Shown one piece after another: positions 41,178-51,556 of a DNA stretch of 64,000 bases. Below the pieces are notes generated by a model that saw only the letters and a list, made by a program, of their open reading frames with translations, did not search any database and was not told where the DNA came from. Made by a program: the position numbers and the translations under genes. Origin of the DNA: Phoronis australis. Taxonomy: Eukaryota; Animalia; Phoronida. The DNA lies in NCBI GenBank assembly GCA_002633005.1, contig NMRA01000004.1, positions 2,149,935 through 2,213,934 on the forward strand, given 5' to 3'. Each line of letters opens with the position of its first letter. Within the stretch, counting starts at the first letter, position 1.

Positions 41178-41884
41178 GTTAGTTCGTTATCTCTACTATT
41201 GGTAGACCTATTCTCTTCAACGCATAGACCAATCCGTTTTGCCACGTTTCCAAGATAGTCACGGTAGCGGATAGAAACAAACTCTAACATGAAATTTCCA
41301 TTTCACTTAATAACTTACTGATTGTAAAAAAATAGTTCTACGTAGGTGTTTCTGTAATCGGGCAAGTTGGCTCACTTACAGGTATAGGTACATGGGGGTT
41401 TACTGAAACCGATTTAATTTGTTTTTTGTGTTTAAATTGATCTCACCTTGCTCGTTACTCAGATTAGAAATGATTACAATGCTCAGGGGTTGTAGATACG
41501 TGTTTCCTTCAGACCCCACCCATTTAGTTGCTTATCGCTGCGCATCAGTTTCTGTCTCCAAGGAAGTGTGACCGACAGTGATTTACGATGTATTATTACC
41601 AATTTTCATCCACCAATGTCCTAAATTATGAAATGTAATTAACGATTAGGCTCATTGACTCTCATTCATTAGTCACAGCGAGAATCATTGTTTGGCGTTG
41701 TACATGTATATGTACACAGATCTCTGCAAGTGAGGTACTTCTGGTATTCAACTCTTTGTTCTCGCAATGACGCACTTATGTGGCGCGAAACGGTTTCTTC
41801 GAGTATCATTTGAAGAGCTGACGTTTCAGGGTTTTACGATGCACGGGTTTTCTTTTGTTGCCCTAAGTATTGCTGGTCTAAGAC

Positions 41885-42890
41885 CATAGGCGGATTTAGG
41901 GGGGCCCAGGGGGCCCGTCCCCCCCCCTCCCTTGGCTGCAGCAAAAAAAAAATAAAACAGTCAGAGCGTAGGGAAATGTTGAGTTTATTAATTAATCCCG
42001 GTAATTAAAATGATACGGATGAAAAAAGATTTAAATGTGTGCAGTTTTAGTGTTGGGGGGGGCTCAAATCCAATTTCAAGTGTCAAATTCGGAACACGGC
42101 GCATTCGTAACGGAACTATGGCTAAGTATAGGCTCTCCCGCGATATCCCAGGCGACCGGCAGTGGCGCTACGCACTACGACTCCGTTTTCGTCGTCTGCT
42201 CCACTGTGCAATGAAGAAAATTTATTTCATTTTTAAAGAAAATGGAACCTGAGTGACGATGAAAAAACAGAAGCTGCTGGTAAGATGTGAATTTTAATCG
42301 AAGCCTTAGTGAATCACTCAGAAACTCGTAATACTCTCTTTGTCAAACCTTATCTTAAGACGATTTCCAAAGCAATCCCGTCATTATTGCCAACACGAAA
42401 AATGAATTTGGTCTTTTGGGCATTTGAAGACTATTTTAAATACGACAAATTTGTTAAGAATTGATGGCACAAGAAATAAAACGTGTAATAAGCATTACAA
42501 AAAGAAGTAGGTTTCGGGCGCAAACGCTGTGGACCATAAATAAGTACATGTAGGTCTCTTAGAAAGAGATCAGTAGTTAAGTTGTGGTGGTGTAGTGGTA
42601 ACTCACGCACGCTCTATCCGCCAGGTCGTGAGTTCGACTCTTATGTTCTTGCGGGTTTTTTCTGTTCGACACGTCCTTCCTTTTTTTTCTTGCCTCTTTT
42701 GTCTTCAGGAATCAAGGAAAATGCTTGATTTTTAGAGGTAAAAACAGAAAAATTTCTTGGGCAAACCCCCCCTCACGACCTCACCCACTTCGGTGCTATG
42801 CGCATCTACAATCGTGGTTCAGTTTGCGCAAATGCTTACAGCCGGACACAAAGTTGGGCCCCCCCTTGTGATATCCTAGATCCGCCACTG
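41885..42890. mobile_element. ~1-kb CAG/CAT-terminal non-autonomous element with 5-bp TSD
   Basis: CATAGGCGGATTTAGG...CCTAGATCCGCCACTG flanked by AAGAC on both sides. Confidence 0.8.
42582..42645 (+). mobile_element. tRNA-derived (SINE-head-like) fragment
   Basis: Pol III A-box TGGTGTAGTGG and B-box GAGTTCGACTC at tRNA-like spacing. No convincing cloverleaf. Confidence 0.45.
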
Positions 42891-42964
42891 AAGACAATGA
42901 AAACCCGTTCAGGGAAACTAATTAGAGTCAACCATCAACACACTTACGCCTCAATTTATGACAT

Positions 42965-43115
42965 CAGGGGTGGATCAAGGATTTTGAATTCGGTGGAGGG
43001 CAGCGTATTAGCCAAGATTTTGCCATTCAGACATTCTCACTTCCGAATTGCCATATGGAATCCGGAAATTTTAGGGGAAGCATGCCCCCCTTGACCCCCT
43101 CTAAATCCGCTTCTG
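42965..43115. mobile_element. CAG-terminal MITE, ~155-bp subfamily
   Basis: Homologous to 21071-21227; flanks gacat/gacag. Confidence 0.8.
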
Positions 43116-43183
43116 GACAGGCAGACATTTATCAATGTTCATCCACAACAAACACAATATAAAACGTTGCACATTACTTTCAG

Positions 43184-43529
43184 GATGTCAAAGTCACCGA
43201 AGGTAGGCAAGGAAGAGAGCGATGAAGAGACAGAGAAACGATTATACCAAGATATGCTGAAGGAAGCTGGCCATCGTGTTTCCGACAGTGCCTTCAAACT
43301 ACCTTCAACTGCGCTTAAGGCCAAGCGTTCACCTAAACTGAGCCCCTTGCCGCCAACTTCCGAGACAAGCAACGGCACAACGTTGAACGTTGCCAGTAAA
43401 GAAGCCAGTGCGCGAGGCACGACGCCTAATTCGATGAGCGGTAGAACTGAAATGTCTACAAATAGTGGCGTGTCATCAGATGCGAGCGAAAAGACGACTG
43501 TAAAGCAATCCGATAGCACGTCTCTTTGA
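43184..43529 (+). CDS. Tetraspanin exon 8 (long Ser/Thr-rich cytoplasmic tail, stop)
   Basis: actttcag|G completes AAG from exon 7, then MSKSPKVGKEESDEE...KQSDSTSL*. Phase matches. Confidence 0.75.
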
Positions 43530-43704
43530 AACAGCATCGGTGTTGAAGACTAGTACGTTTTTTGTACCTAGTGATCTAGTACACCTTACACTAGATCTTC
43601 GTGTAGCTCTCACACACTCACCTTTTTAATAACTTCAAGTGTTACATTATTGCCCTCTGCTTTATCCATTGTCAGTGCGATAATTACCTTGAACCTTGAA
43701 TTAC

Positions 43705-45509
43705 AGGAGAATCCCACCCAAAAAAAACAACCGAGTTTGTATCAATTTGGATCGAGTAGTTCCCCTCGATAACAATAAATACAGCTCTTTTATCTGACAT
43801 CTAACGCACAAAGAGGCATTGAAATTAACCAGTGACGTCAGAGGTTCGAATGCAGTCTGATCAGCAGTTGACAACACACTTACACTGGTGTCAACTTATC
43901 GCTTGATTTCATCGTTTTACACCAATAAATCATCAAAATTCGGTGTAGAAGCCTTACAAATTCATCGAGTCATTGAACGAACGTGTTCTTTTATTCCGGA
44001 TTTTTATGTATTCGAACGTACCGTACCCTATAAATTCGGTAGGCCAATTTACCAAGGTCGGTCGCGGGAGTTTGGGATCTTTTAGGTGATAAATTCAAAT
44101 TATTCGTCCCCAAAATACAGACAAGAGAGCCAAAAAAATGTGCACGTGGTTGAATTAGCCGCGAAACTGCAAATCTACTTACTAGCTCGTCGGGCGCGAA
44201 GTCAGGTTACCCTTCCAAAGAACCGTCAAGGCAAAAGTCGTACAGTAAAAATGATTCGAATAATGTATATGAATATCTAAAAAAAGATTCCCCCAACGTC
44301 TGACCAAAGGATACAAAGTCGGGTTATTGTTTCGCAACAGCTTTCTGTTAGCACACACTGAATTATCATGCGCTCACGCGGCTTCGGTGCCCGGTCACTT
44401 AGTTTAATAATTGCATCTAAAGACGGTAACGCACTGATTTATTCGTTGCTTGTTTCTCAAAACATTTGCACTCACGAACACTCCAAAGGCATTACAAATT
44501 GTATCTAGTGAGACAGAATTTGATTCAGTTTTATAGAAGCATTGGTTAGGGTGAGAATATTTCATTTTGAAAAAGAACACAATAATAAAGTACGTCAACG
44601 TGGCAACTCGCAACCCCGACTTAGACGAGTGCTTATCCCACGAAGACTTCACAGGTTCTCAAGTCGATCGTTGGGTTATACAGGCTATCAGTTCGAACCG
44701 GAATACACTGATCAAGAAATAATAAAGAGGCTCCGTAAACGTGCACAGACAACGGAACATATGGATAGTTCCGAAAACCGTTTGAATGACTTGTCATGGT
44801 GTCAGTGAGCTTACTGCACGGTTATGGAAACGACGGACGATTGCGTTTGATGCCACGAAATTCCGCAAGTGAAACGCTTTGAAGAAGCGCAGATGTGTCT
44901 CACGGACCATCCTGGTTTTGCACCGCATCTAAACAGAGGTGTTCTTATGACGTTTTTTTAGGGCTGAGAAAAAGAAGTGGCGAAAACATCCTACACCCAG
45001 GGGACCAAAGAGAAGCCTGACGAACGAGTCAGTCATCAAACAGATTATAAAAAACATTATGTTCTCACGCCTTGTATTAATGGTAATTGTTTATATTTTC
45101 ATGGCCAACTATAATTCTCCATGATCAAAAAACTGATCAACAACCGATCCGACGAAATGCCGGCCACTGACAGACCCAGAGAAGTTTCATCGCCTCATAC
45201 TTGGTATTAACGGTGTGCTTTTCATTCTTCACCACCGCGAGCCACTTTCGAAGCATTATGGGCTCTCAAGCAAATCTAAAAAAACACGATATACCTGCTT
45301 TCCTCGCAGCTTCATAGTTCACGCAAGCCGGAACGATACATCACACTATAGCGGCACTCACTCTGCGGAAGGACCACTGACGTCGCTGCGTCGTTTATCA
45401 CCTTCCTCACAGGTTAACGCGGCACCTGTCGGGGAGGTATACGAAGTGGTGTGGATATAGACCGATTAAAACGGAAAAAAAGACTAATTAAATCGGGTGG
45501 CATTCTCCT
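43705..45509. mobile_element. Non-autonomous Kolobok-type DNA transposon, copy 2 (inverted relative to copy 1)
   Basis: TTAC|AGGAGAATCCCACCC...GGGTGGCATTCTCCT|TTAA. Segment 44404-44560 aligns to 19841-20000 in reverse complement, roughly 80% by eye. Confidence 0.85.
44672..45025 (+). pseudogene. KolX / P2X7-ballast (nanor-like) Cys-rich domain remnant
   Basis: GYQFEPEYT...RLNDLSWCQ*AYCTVMETTDDCV*CHE...CLTDHPGF..HLNRGVL matches the recalled YxFEP...WCxCxxCxxMxTxxxCxCCxE...CxTxHxxF pattern. Two TGA codons, a +1 frameshift in a T7 run near 44953, C-terminal half not found. Confidence 0.75.
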
Positions 45510-45575
45510 TTAAGCAGAGTAAGCAGAACAAGTAGCAATTTTACCCGTAGTAAGAATTGTTGTTGACTCCTTGTG

Positions 45576-45581
45576 TTTATT
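45576..45581 (-). promoter_or_regulatory. Candidate polyadenylation signal for the Hv gene
   Basis: First AATAAA noticed on the minus strand, ~780 nt after the stop codon. ATTAAA also at ~45678-45683. Confidence 0.3.
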
Positions 45582-46359
45582 AAAACTTTTCATTCTTTTC
45601 AGTGTGAAAGGAGTATTATTGTTTTTACATGTATGGACTAAACGCGTTTTGGGTTATTATTGAATGGGATAGACCTTTTTAATTTACTTTAGTTTTGACC
45701 GTAACTACACTGTATAAAATTCCGAAATTCGTTACATTTTGTAATATTATTACGAGAAGCCAGTTCTCATCGTTATATCCCAGACATTCGTTGAAACCCA
45801 TGTCCGTGGCTTTGCCTGTTCAATTTTCCACTTATTGAGAATGATTCAGTTCCACTGAGACGACCGTTACGGTTTCGCATTCCCGCTGAGGATAATCTCA
45901 GAACTTTACCTTTCTCATTTTGTCCCGTTAGTTAATGAAATCAATGATTGCCATTATTCGATTAGACCATTTATATGATGTTTTGTTAGGATTACGCTTA
46001 ACACAAAGTCCGTTGTTTGCACAAAGTAAGTGTTGCCCTGTTATAAGTTTTATCCAGTTATTCCTATTTTAACTGTGAACATGCCATGCTTGTTGAAATG
46101 TATACTTAATCGAAATTATGCATTAAGTTTTCCTTAAACTGACTTTCTCAATACATAATCGCTAACAATAATGAAGAATGTCCACAATGGACAGCATAGA
46201 TACATGTACATGTACCATGTATGTACTGTATAAATTTAACATCCAATAATTACACAGCACGTCTCATCAGCCCACAAACAAATCATTTTTACTTTCTCTT
46301 TGTAACTGTTAAGCACAAAGTTAACCATACAAAATACGCTGCAATAGACACTGTCCGTG

Positions 46360-46641
46360 TTACATTTGCGTCGAACAGTTGTCTAGTCCGGTATCGTCAG
46401 GATAAAATACGTCGCTAGAACTCTCGTCCATTTGCAAAGACAATTGAGTTGCTGAAGACAGTGACCCCGTTGAGGGATCAAGGGGGTTATCGAACGCAAG
46501 ACCACTTTCCAACGACTCAAGTGATACACTCCTTCTCCTGCATAAGTTCGAACTGAAGTTTGGACTGTCATTGACCTCATCCATAACTACGCTGCATCCA
46601 CTGTCGGACGTTGTAGGGTTGTGCGTGTTTTCGTCGGTTTT
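46360..46641 (-). CDS. HVCN3: Hv3-type channel terminal exon
   Basis: tttcttttaag|KTDENTHNPTTSDSGCSVVMDEVNDS...RRRSVSLES...NCSTQM*; phase 0. Confidence 0.75.
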   Translation of the reverse strand, partial: KTDENTHNPTTSDSGCSVVMDEVNDSPNFSSNLCRRRSVSLESLESGLAFDNPLDPSTGSLSSATQLSLQMDESSSDVFYPDDTGLDNCSTQM

Positions 46642-46752
46642 CTTAAAAGAAAGGAACTCACATTTTATGGACTGTTACACGTGCAAACTCCCTCCATTTT
46701 TTGTTCGCACGCCAAACTTTGCAATTTAATTCGACGTTTGAAAAACCTCGCG

Positions 46753-46898
46753 CAGAGGGGCGGATCCAAGATTTTGAGTGAGGGGGTGCAGGGCAGAATA
46801 TTAGCCAGGATTTTGCCCGTCAGACATCCACACCCCCGAGCTGCGTAATGGACCCTGGGAAAATTTAAGAGGGACATGGCCCCAGAAATCCGCCACTG
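46753..46898. mobile_element. CAG-terminal MITE, ~155-bp subfamily
   Basis: Homologous to 21071-21227 (GGGGCGGATCCAAGATTTT...AAATCCGCCACTG). TSD not evident. Confidence 0.8.
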
Positions 46899-48854
46899 GT
46901 TCACAAATATTCCGTGAAGCGTTGCCCTAGCCGATTGACGTATTTGCATGCAAACGAACAATTGAATGCAAATTCCACAACAAACATGTAGGACATATGA
47001 TGTTTAGGTACTCGACAATTAGTTTTCCATGAAATGGAAAGCCTTGAAATAATTCGCGACTCCGTGCAGGTTTTCATACGGTAATTCGAGTTTGCTCCTC
47101 AATACCTTCCACATACGGAAAAATAGGTCAGCAACAAAACGACGCCCATGTCACTAGTATTGACTTTTTGTCGGGGGTGTGTATAAAACAAAGCCGGGGT
47201 TTGGCTTTTACATAATGAGAAAACACCTTTTTTGAAAAAGGACTCTTTATGTAATAGGCTGCGTGTCAATTTCAAGTCACTCGTGGTCGTTAGTAGTGCG
47301 CTACATGTACAGTATGTTGGGCGATAGCCTGAACTGTGGGCGCTTAATTGGAAATTCTTAAAAGTTGAGGGGAACACTTAGTAGAGCAGTGGACACTTAT
47401 TATGAAACACTTCAGAGGTAGATAGTAGGCGCATGCGTGGGCATGCTTGTACAGTAGTCGTCAACCTGAGTGTTTGCGGCAAAAAGATATTGAAAGACTG
47501 CAATAGCAAGAAAATAATACGATTGGCAAACTCCATCCACTAGGGGTGACTTTACCACCTTCACTGTACTACCCAGAATCACTTTGTTTTTTGATTGCCC
47601 ACTTCAGCCGGAACAAGATTTTTTCTACTGGAGTCTGAGAATTTGAGGCGTGATCCGGGGAGCGAAAATTGGCGCCGGGAAGTGTATGAAGAGAATAAAA
47701 GGTTTGCTAACCACGATTTCGCAGTACCTGTTTAGCTGCAATAGCTGAGACTAGGGAACATCGACCCGGTGAAACATCGGAACAGGAAAATATCGGGTGT
47801 TATATTCGCTGGGAGTTAATTAACTTTATTAAATTCATTGTCAAAAAATGACAAACGGACGCTTACAGACCGCCGGAGTCAAGCCGATATACTTATCCAT
47901 TTAGGACTGTCACTGTTTTCTTTTGATGTGCAGCTTTGGAATGGTGTGCACGCGTGAGTTCACGCGGTTGAATCGCTGGAGTCTCCATCCTACACTTTAG
48001 GTTGGCAACAACAGGTGACAGACGACTCACGTGGCGTGCACGTAGCCCCAGAGAGAAGTAAAGGGTTTGAGAATTTCTTGGCTACTCAAATAATACTTTG
48101 CTTAAAGTAAAGAACTGGTCGTCGTTTGACGATTAATGGTGTTGTCATTTTCATGTTTGCTGGCTGTCTTTTGTAATAAAAAGAGGCACATTTCCAAGTC
48201 GCGATCGCCTGCTGGTACCGCTTGCGCGCTAACGCGACCGACCAGTGCCGCAGCGCGATATCAGGGATTGTCGAGGATATTTGTTATTAAGGACATCTTC
48301 CGTGAAAAACGAATGTCTTTCCAACACGAAGTTTGGTAAGTTAATCGTTTAAGAATTAGTAGAATCACCGCTGTTTTGTACCGTTTTTCTCGTGTTATGC
48401 CGTGGTCTGGATGTTTCTTTGGCGCATCCAGAAAATGTTAGGCACTGAAACGCGTCATAAACCCATTCTGCATTATCCCATGTTCACGTGACATGCTTAC
48501 AAGTCATCGGCAGGGCTGTTCTTGGTTAGCGATATTTTTCTCTTGTAGTGGTAACAACCAAGGTACTACCCGGCAGAGTCTGTCTGCGTAAAAACTAAGC
48601 TTGGATACATTGGAAATTCCAGATTGCATTTTGCGACTTGACACGAGCTGGCAAAAATCTCGGCTCCCATGTCTAAATTTCAGGTCGCAAATGTGACCTA
48701 AAGGTACAGCTCGTATGTCAGTTCCGTTAGAGAATTGAAAGACGTTATTCCAGCATTGCTTATAGTGCTGGGAAAACAGTTGTCATATACATATATCAGC
48801 TCGCAACATAGAGAGACTTCACCATACTAGCTCAATGCATAAAGATTAGCTTAC

Positions 48855-49042
48855 ATGTGAGTTACGATGCCTGGCTTGACTTTGTTCGTGATCGACTACA
48901 TCTTCGATGTCAGTATCGGAAAAATCGTCATCACTGGCTTCGTTAAATGTCGAGTCTTTCGTCCCCAGCGTACCAATCATGGTCATGGATGCAAATGACG
49001 TAAGCATCGCTAGAGGAAAGCTTCGTCTTCTCATTTCAACTC
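48855..49042 (-). CDS. HVCN3: Hv3-type channel C-terminal exon
   Basis: ttgtag|GA VEMRRRSFPLAMLTSFASMTMIGTLG...DDDFSDTD...RNSH|gtaagc; phase 1-0. Confidence 0.8.
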
Positions 49043-50802
49043 CTACAACCACAATTTTAGTAACTGTTCACGCAGGTAAGGACACGGTCTTTTAGTGTAA
49101 GGCGGTAGGCCTACATGTATAAACCACCATCTGACAAAATCATTTTTTAATTAGGCCAAAGTACATGTCGTTCTTACAGTGTAAAATAAACTGGAAAGCG
49201 TCGAAATTCTTCAAAGTTTCGAAGCTCAAAAGGACAACTAAATGTCCCTTTCTTCTAGAAATTGTGTTCTTTTACAAATGACCAAGCAGCGGCTTGGCGC
49301 AAAAACGTCCCTAAAAATCTGACTTAAATTCGACAAATTGTCATCCATCGCAACTGTAATTACACTTAATCGCAAAGCACTTCTGATAAGGAGTTACTTT
49401 AATTTAAAAACTAATGTACTTCAAGTCATAGAACTGATCTCGTTTTCTTCCTAATACTCCCATTAGAAATGCTTTCTGATCTTTGGGTGTTCTGACAGTT
49501 TATCAACAGGCCTATAGCTTGAAACAAAAGCTCAACACGCTGGCTTCTCTCGCTGAGTACAGTTATACATATCAACCACATATCTACGAACTAGCGAGTT
49601 CCAGATTTATCAAAGACTTCCAATGAGTAAGGTTTCCAATAGCTTGATGCTAATTTTTGAATGTTTATTTGTAAGTGGGTCTCTGACTGAAAGCTGCTTG
49701 TATACACTGACACCTTCAAATTGGGGCCTATGATCAAAAACATTGGGCCAACCTTAAAGTGATATCAAGAAAAAGATTTAGATTTTTTTGAGCCAGGCAT
49801 CTTCTTGTTGTACATCGTGCATCAACTACAAGTAGTAAAAACTGGCTCTCGGAAAGACAGCAAATGCCCATTGAATGCTTGCAATCCCCTTTATCTCTGG
49901 TGGCCGTCTTTCTAAATGTCGTAGATAAGGCGGAATCCTCCGCGTGAGTAGGAACGTAGCTGAACGCGGTGGTCCAACTTCAGTCTACCCGAACAACACG
50001 CTTAATGAACGCGGCTCACGGATGTGTTAACTCTGTATTGACTTGGGCCTACATCTTCATTTCGCCATAGGAAAAGTTACAGTCGCTTACGGTATTATCC
50101 GAAATACAAGGCCACGACTTTACTTATTGTCTGGACGTTTGCTTTCTAGTGGGAACAAAACCATTAATTTGGGTACAATAAGGGCGTCATCAAAATGCAT
50201 ACCGCAGTCAGAGCTGTAGTTTCAACAGCAGCATGCAGCACCCGGCCGCTATACCGTACCCAGACAGAGAGAGACTATCTGCGCGTTAATGTTCGCTATT
50301 TCGGAATTCATTTAAAAATACCAATTCCGTTCATTTTAGTTTAAATCTACATAAAACGCATTTTCACGCGCGTTAGTTCAGTCGAAACGTTAACCCAACT
50401 TATGCTCTTCTACCACACAAGTGCTGCAGTATTATGGGCACACATTCGACTGCTATGCGTAAATGGGTTTCCGTGGAAAGCCTGCCCTCTTTCTATATAA
50501 AATTAAACATAACAGTAAAATGAGACAAATACAAATGGGACTGAAACTTACGAATGTTCACATTTCAGTGATATCTTTCGACTAAGGAAACTCATGCTGT
50601 GCTCTAAATTGGTTAACGTACAGGAAAGAGCATAGTTTAATGTTCTCATGACCTCTAAGGTCACAGCTTTTTATTCCGGGTAATACGGTACAAGACAGTG
50701 TTATCCATGAAAGATTAGAATCACGAGTTGCCGATAAAATTGTCTTCAGGAAGTCTGGTTGTTCTGCCGTGTTCGTTTCCGATTCATTTTCTGAGTTTTG
50801 CA

Positions 50803-51354
50803 TATAAACTTCGTTAAAATCGCGACAAGACGTTTTGTTTTAAAGTTTGATAAAGGTACGCTCGTAGTTTTGGAACAGTCTCCTTTCACTTGCAGGGGGG
50901 GGGGTTCATTCAAGATTATTTTGTACACCAAAAGGGCCAAAAACTAGCTAGGTAAGAAATAGACAATAAAGTCATTTGGTATGTTGAAAATGACACATTT
51001 CTGCTAAAGATTTTGGAATCGCTCTTGACCAGTCACGAAAAACCTGTGTTGAATGAGCAGGTCGCAGGTGTGCACGGATTACTACCGTGTGTTGCATTCA
51101 CACTCCCCACTTGTATGACCCTCTTCCCCCTGCCACGTGTATTTCCCTATTTATTTCGCTATTTATATGTTCATCCCACTTATGGCCATGTGATGAGACA
51201 TGCAGTCTCAAAATATAGATAGTGTTTTAATTTGCTTGTTTGTTATGTCTCTCGGTGTTTTATTGCACACTCGAGGAGACTGCTCTGAAACTACGAACGT
51301 ACCAGTATCAAGCTTGCGAACAAAAAGTCTAGTCGTGTTTTTAAAGAAGTCTGT
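50803..51354. repeat. ~90-bp diverged inverted repeat pair (50803-50894 / 51264-51354)
   Basis: AGGAGACTG.TC..AAACTACGA.CGTACC..TATCAA.CTT...AACAAAA.GTCT.GTCG is present in opposite orientations. Confidence 0.7.
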
Positions 51355-51480
51355 AAACGTAGGGCTGCTACCAAACTATACTGACTTCTGTATGCGAACA
51401 AAAGTCTTCTGAACACTGAATAAAAAATTTCACTGGGTTTTACAGCGATCTTGTTGCCTTTGACATTTACACAAGCTTAC

Positions 51481-51556
51481 CCGAGATGCATTCGTCTATT
51501 TTCTTATCTTTAATTCCATGCCGCTTACACAGACTTCGGATTGCTTTCATCTCACG
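51481..51556 (-). CDS. HVCN3: Hv3-type channel exon (end of coiled coil)
   Basis: ttacag|REMKAIRSLCKRHGIKDKKIDECIS+G|gtaagc; 76 nt, phase 0-1. Confidence 0.85.

Larger units (their letters stand above)
24271..43529 (+). other. Tetraspanin gene span: 8 coding exons, 415 aa, 6-Cys EC2, long C-tail
   Basis: Exons 24271-24336, 25125-25361, 27583-27657, 35233-35334, 36682-36897, 37438-37521, 41056-41177 and 43184-43529 join in frame (1248 nt) through GT-AG introns. Four TMs, WDYYQ, CCG, PxxCC and GC motifs. Confidence 0.88.

Noticed and set aside
42582-42660. Functional tRNA gene
   Set aside because: A and B boxes are present, but acceptor and anticodon stems do not pair convincingly.
45115-45180. 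SECIS element downstream of the KolX remnant
   Set aside because: ATGA, AA and GA are present, but I find no helix II pairing between them.
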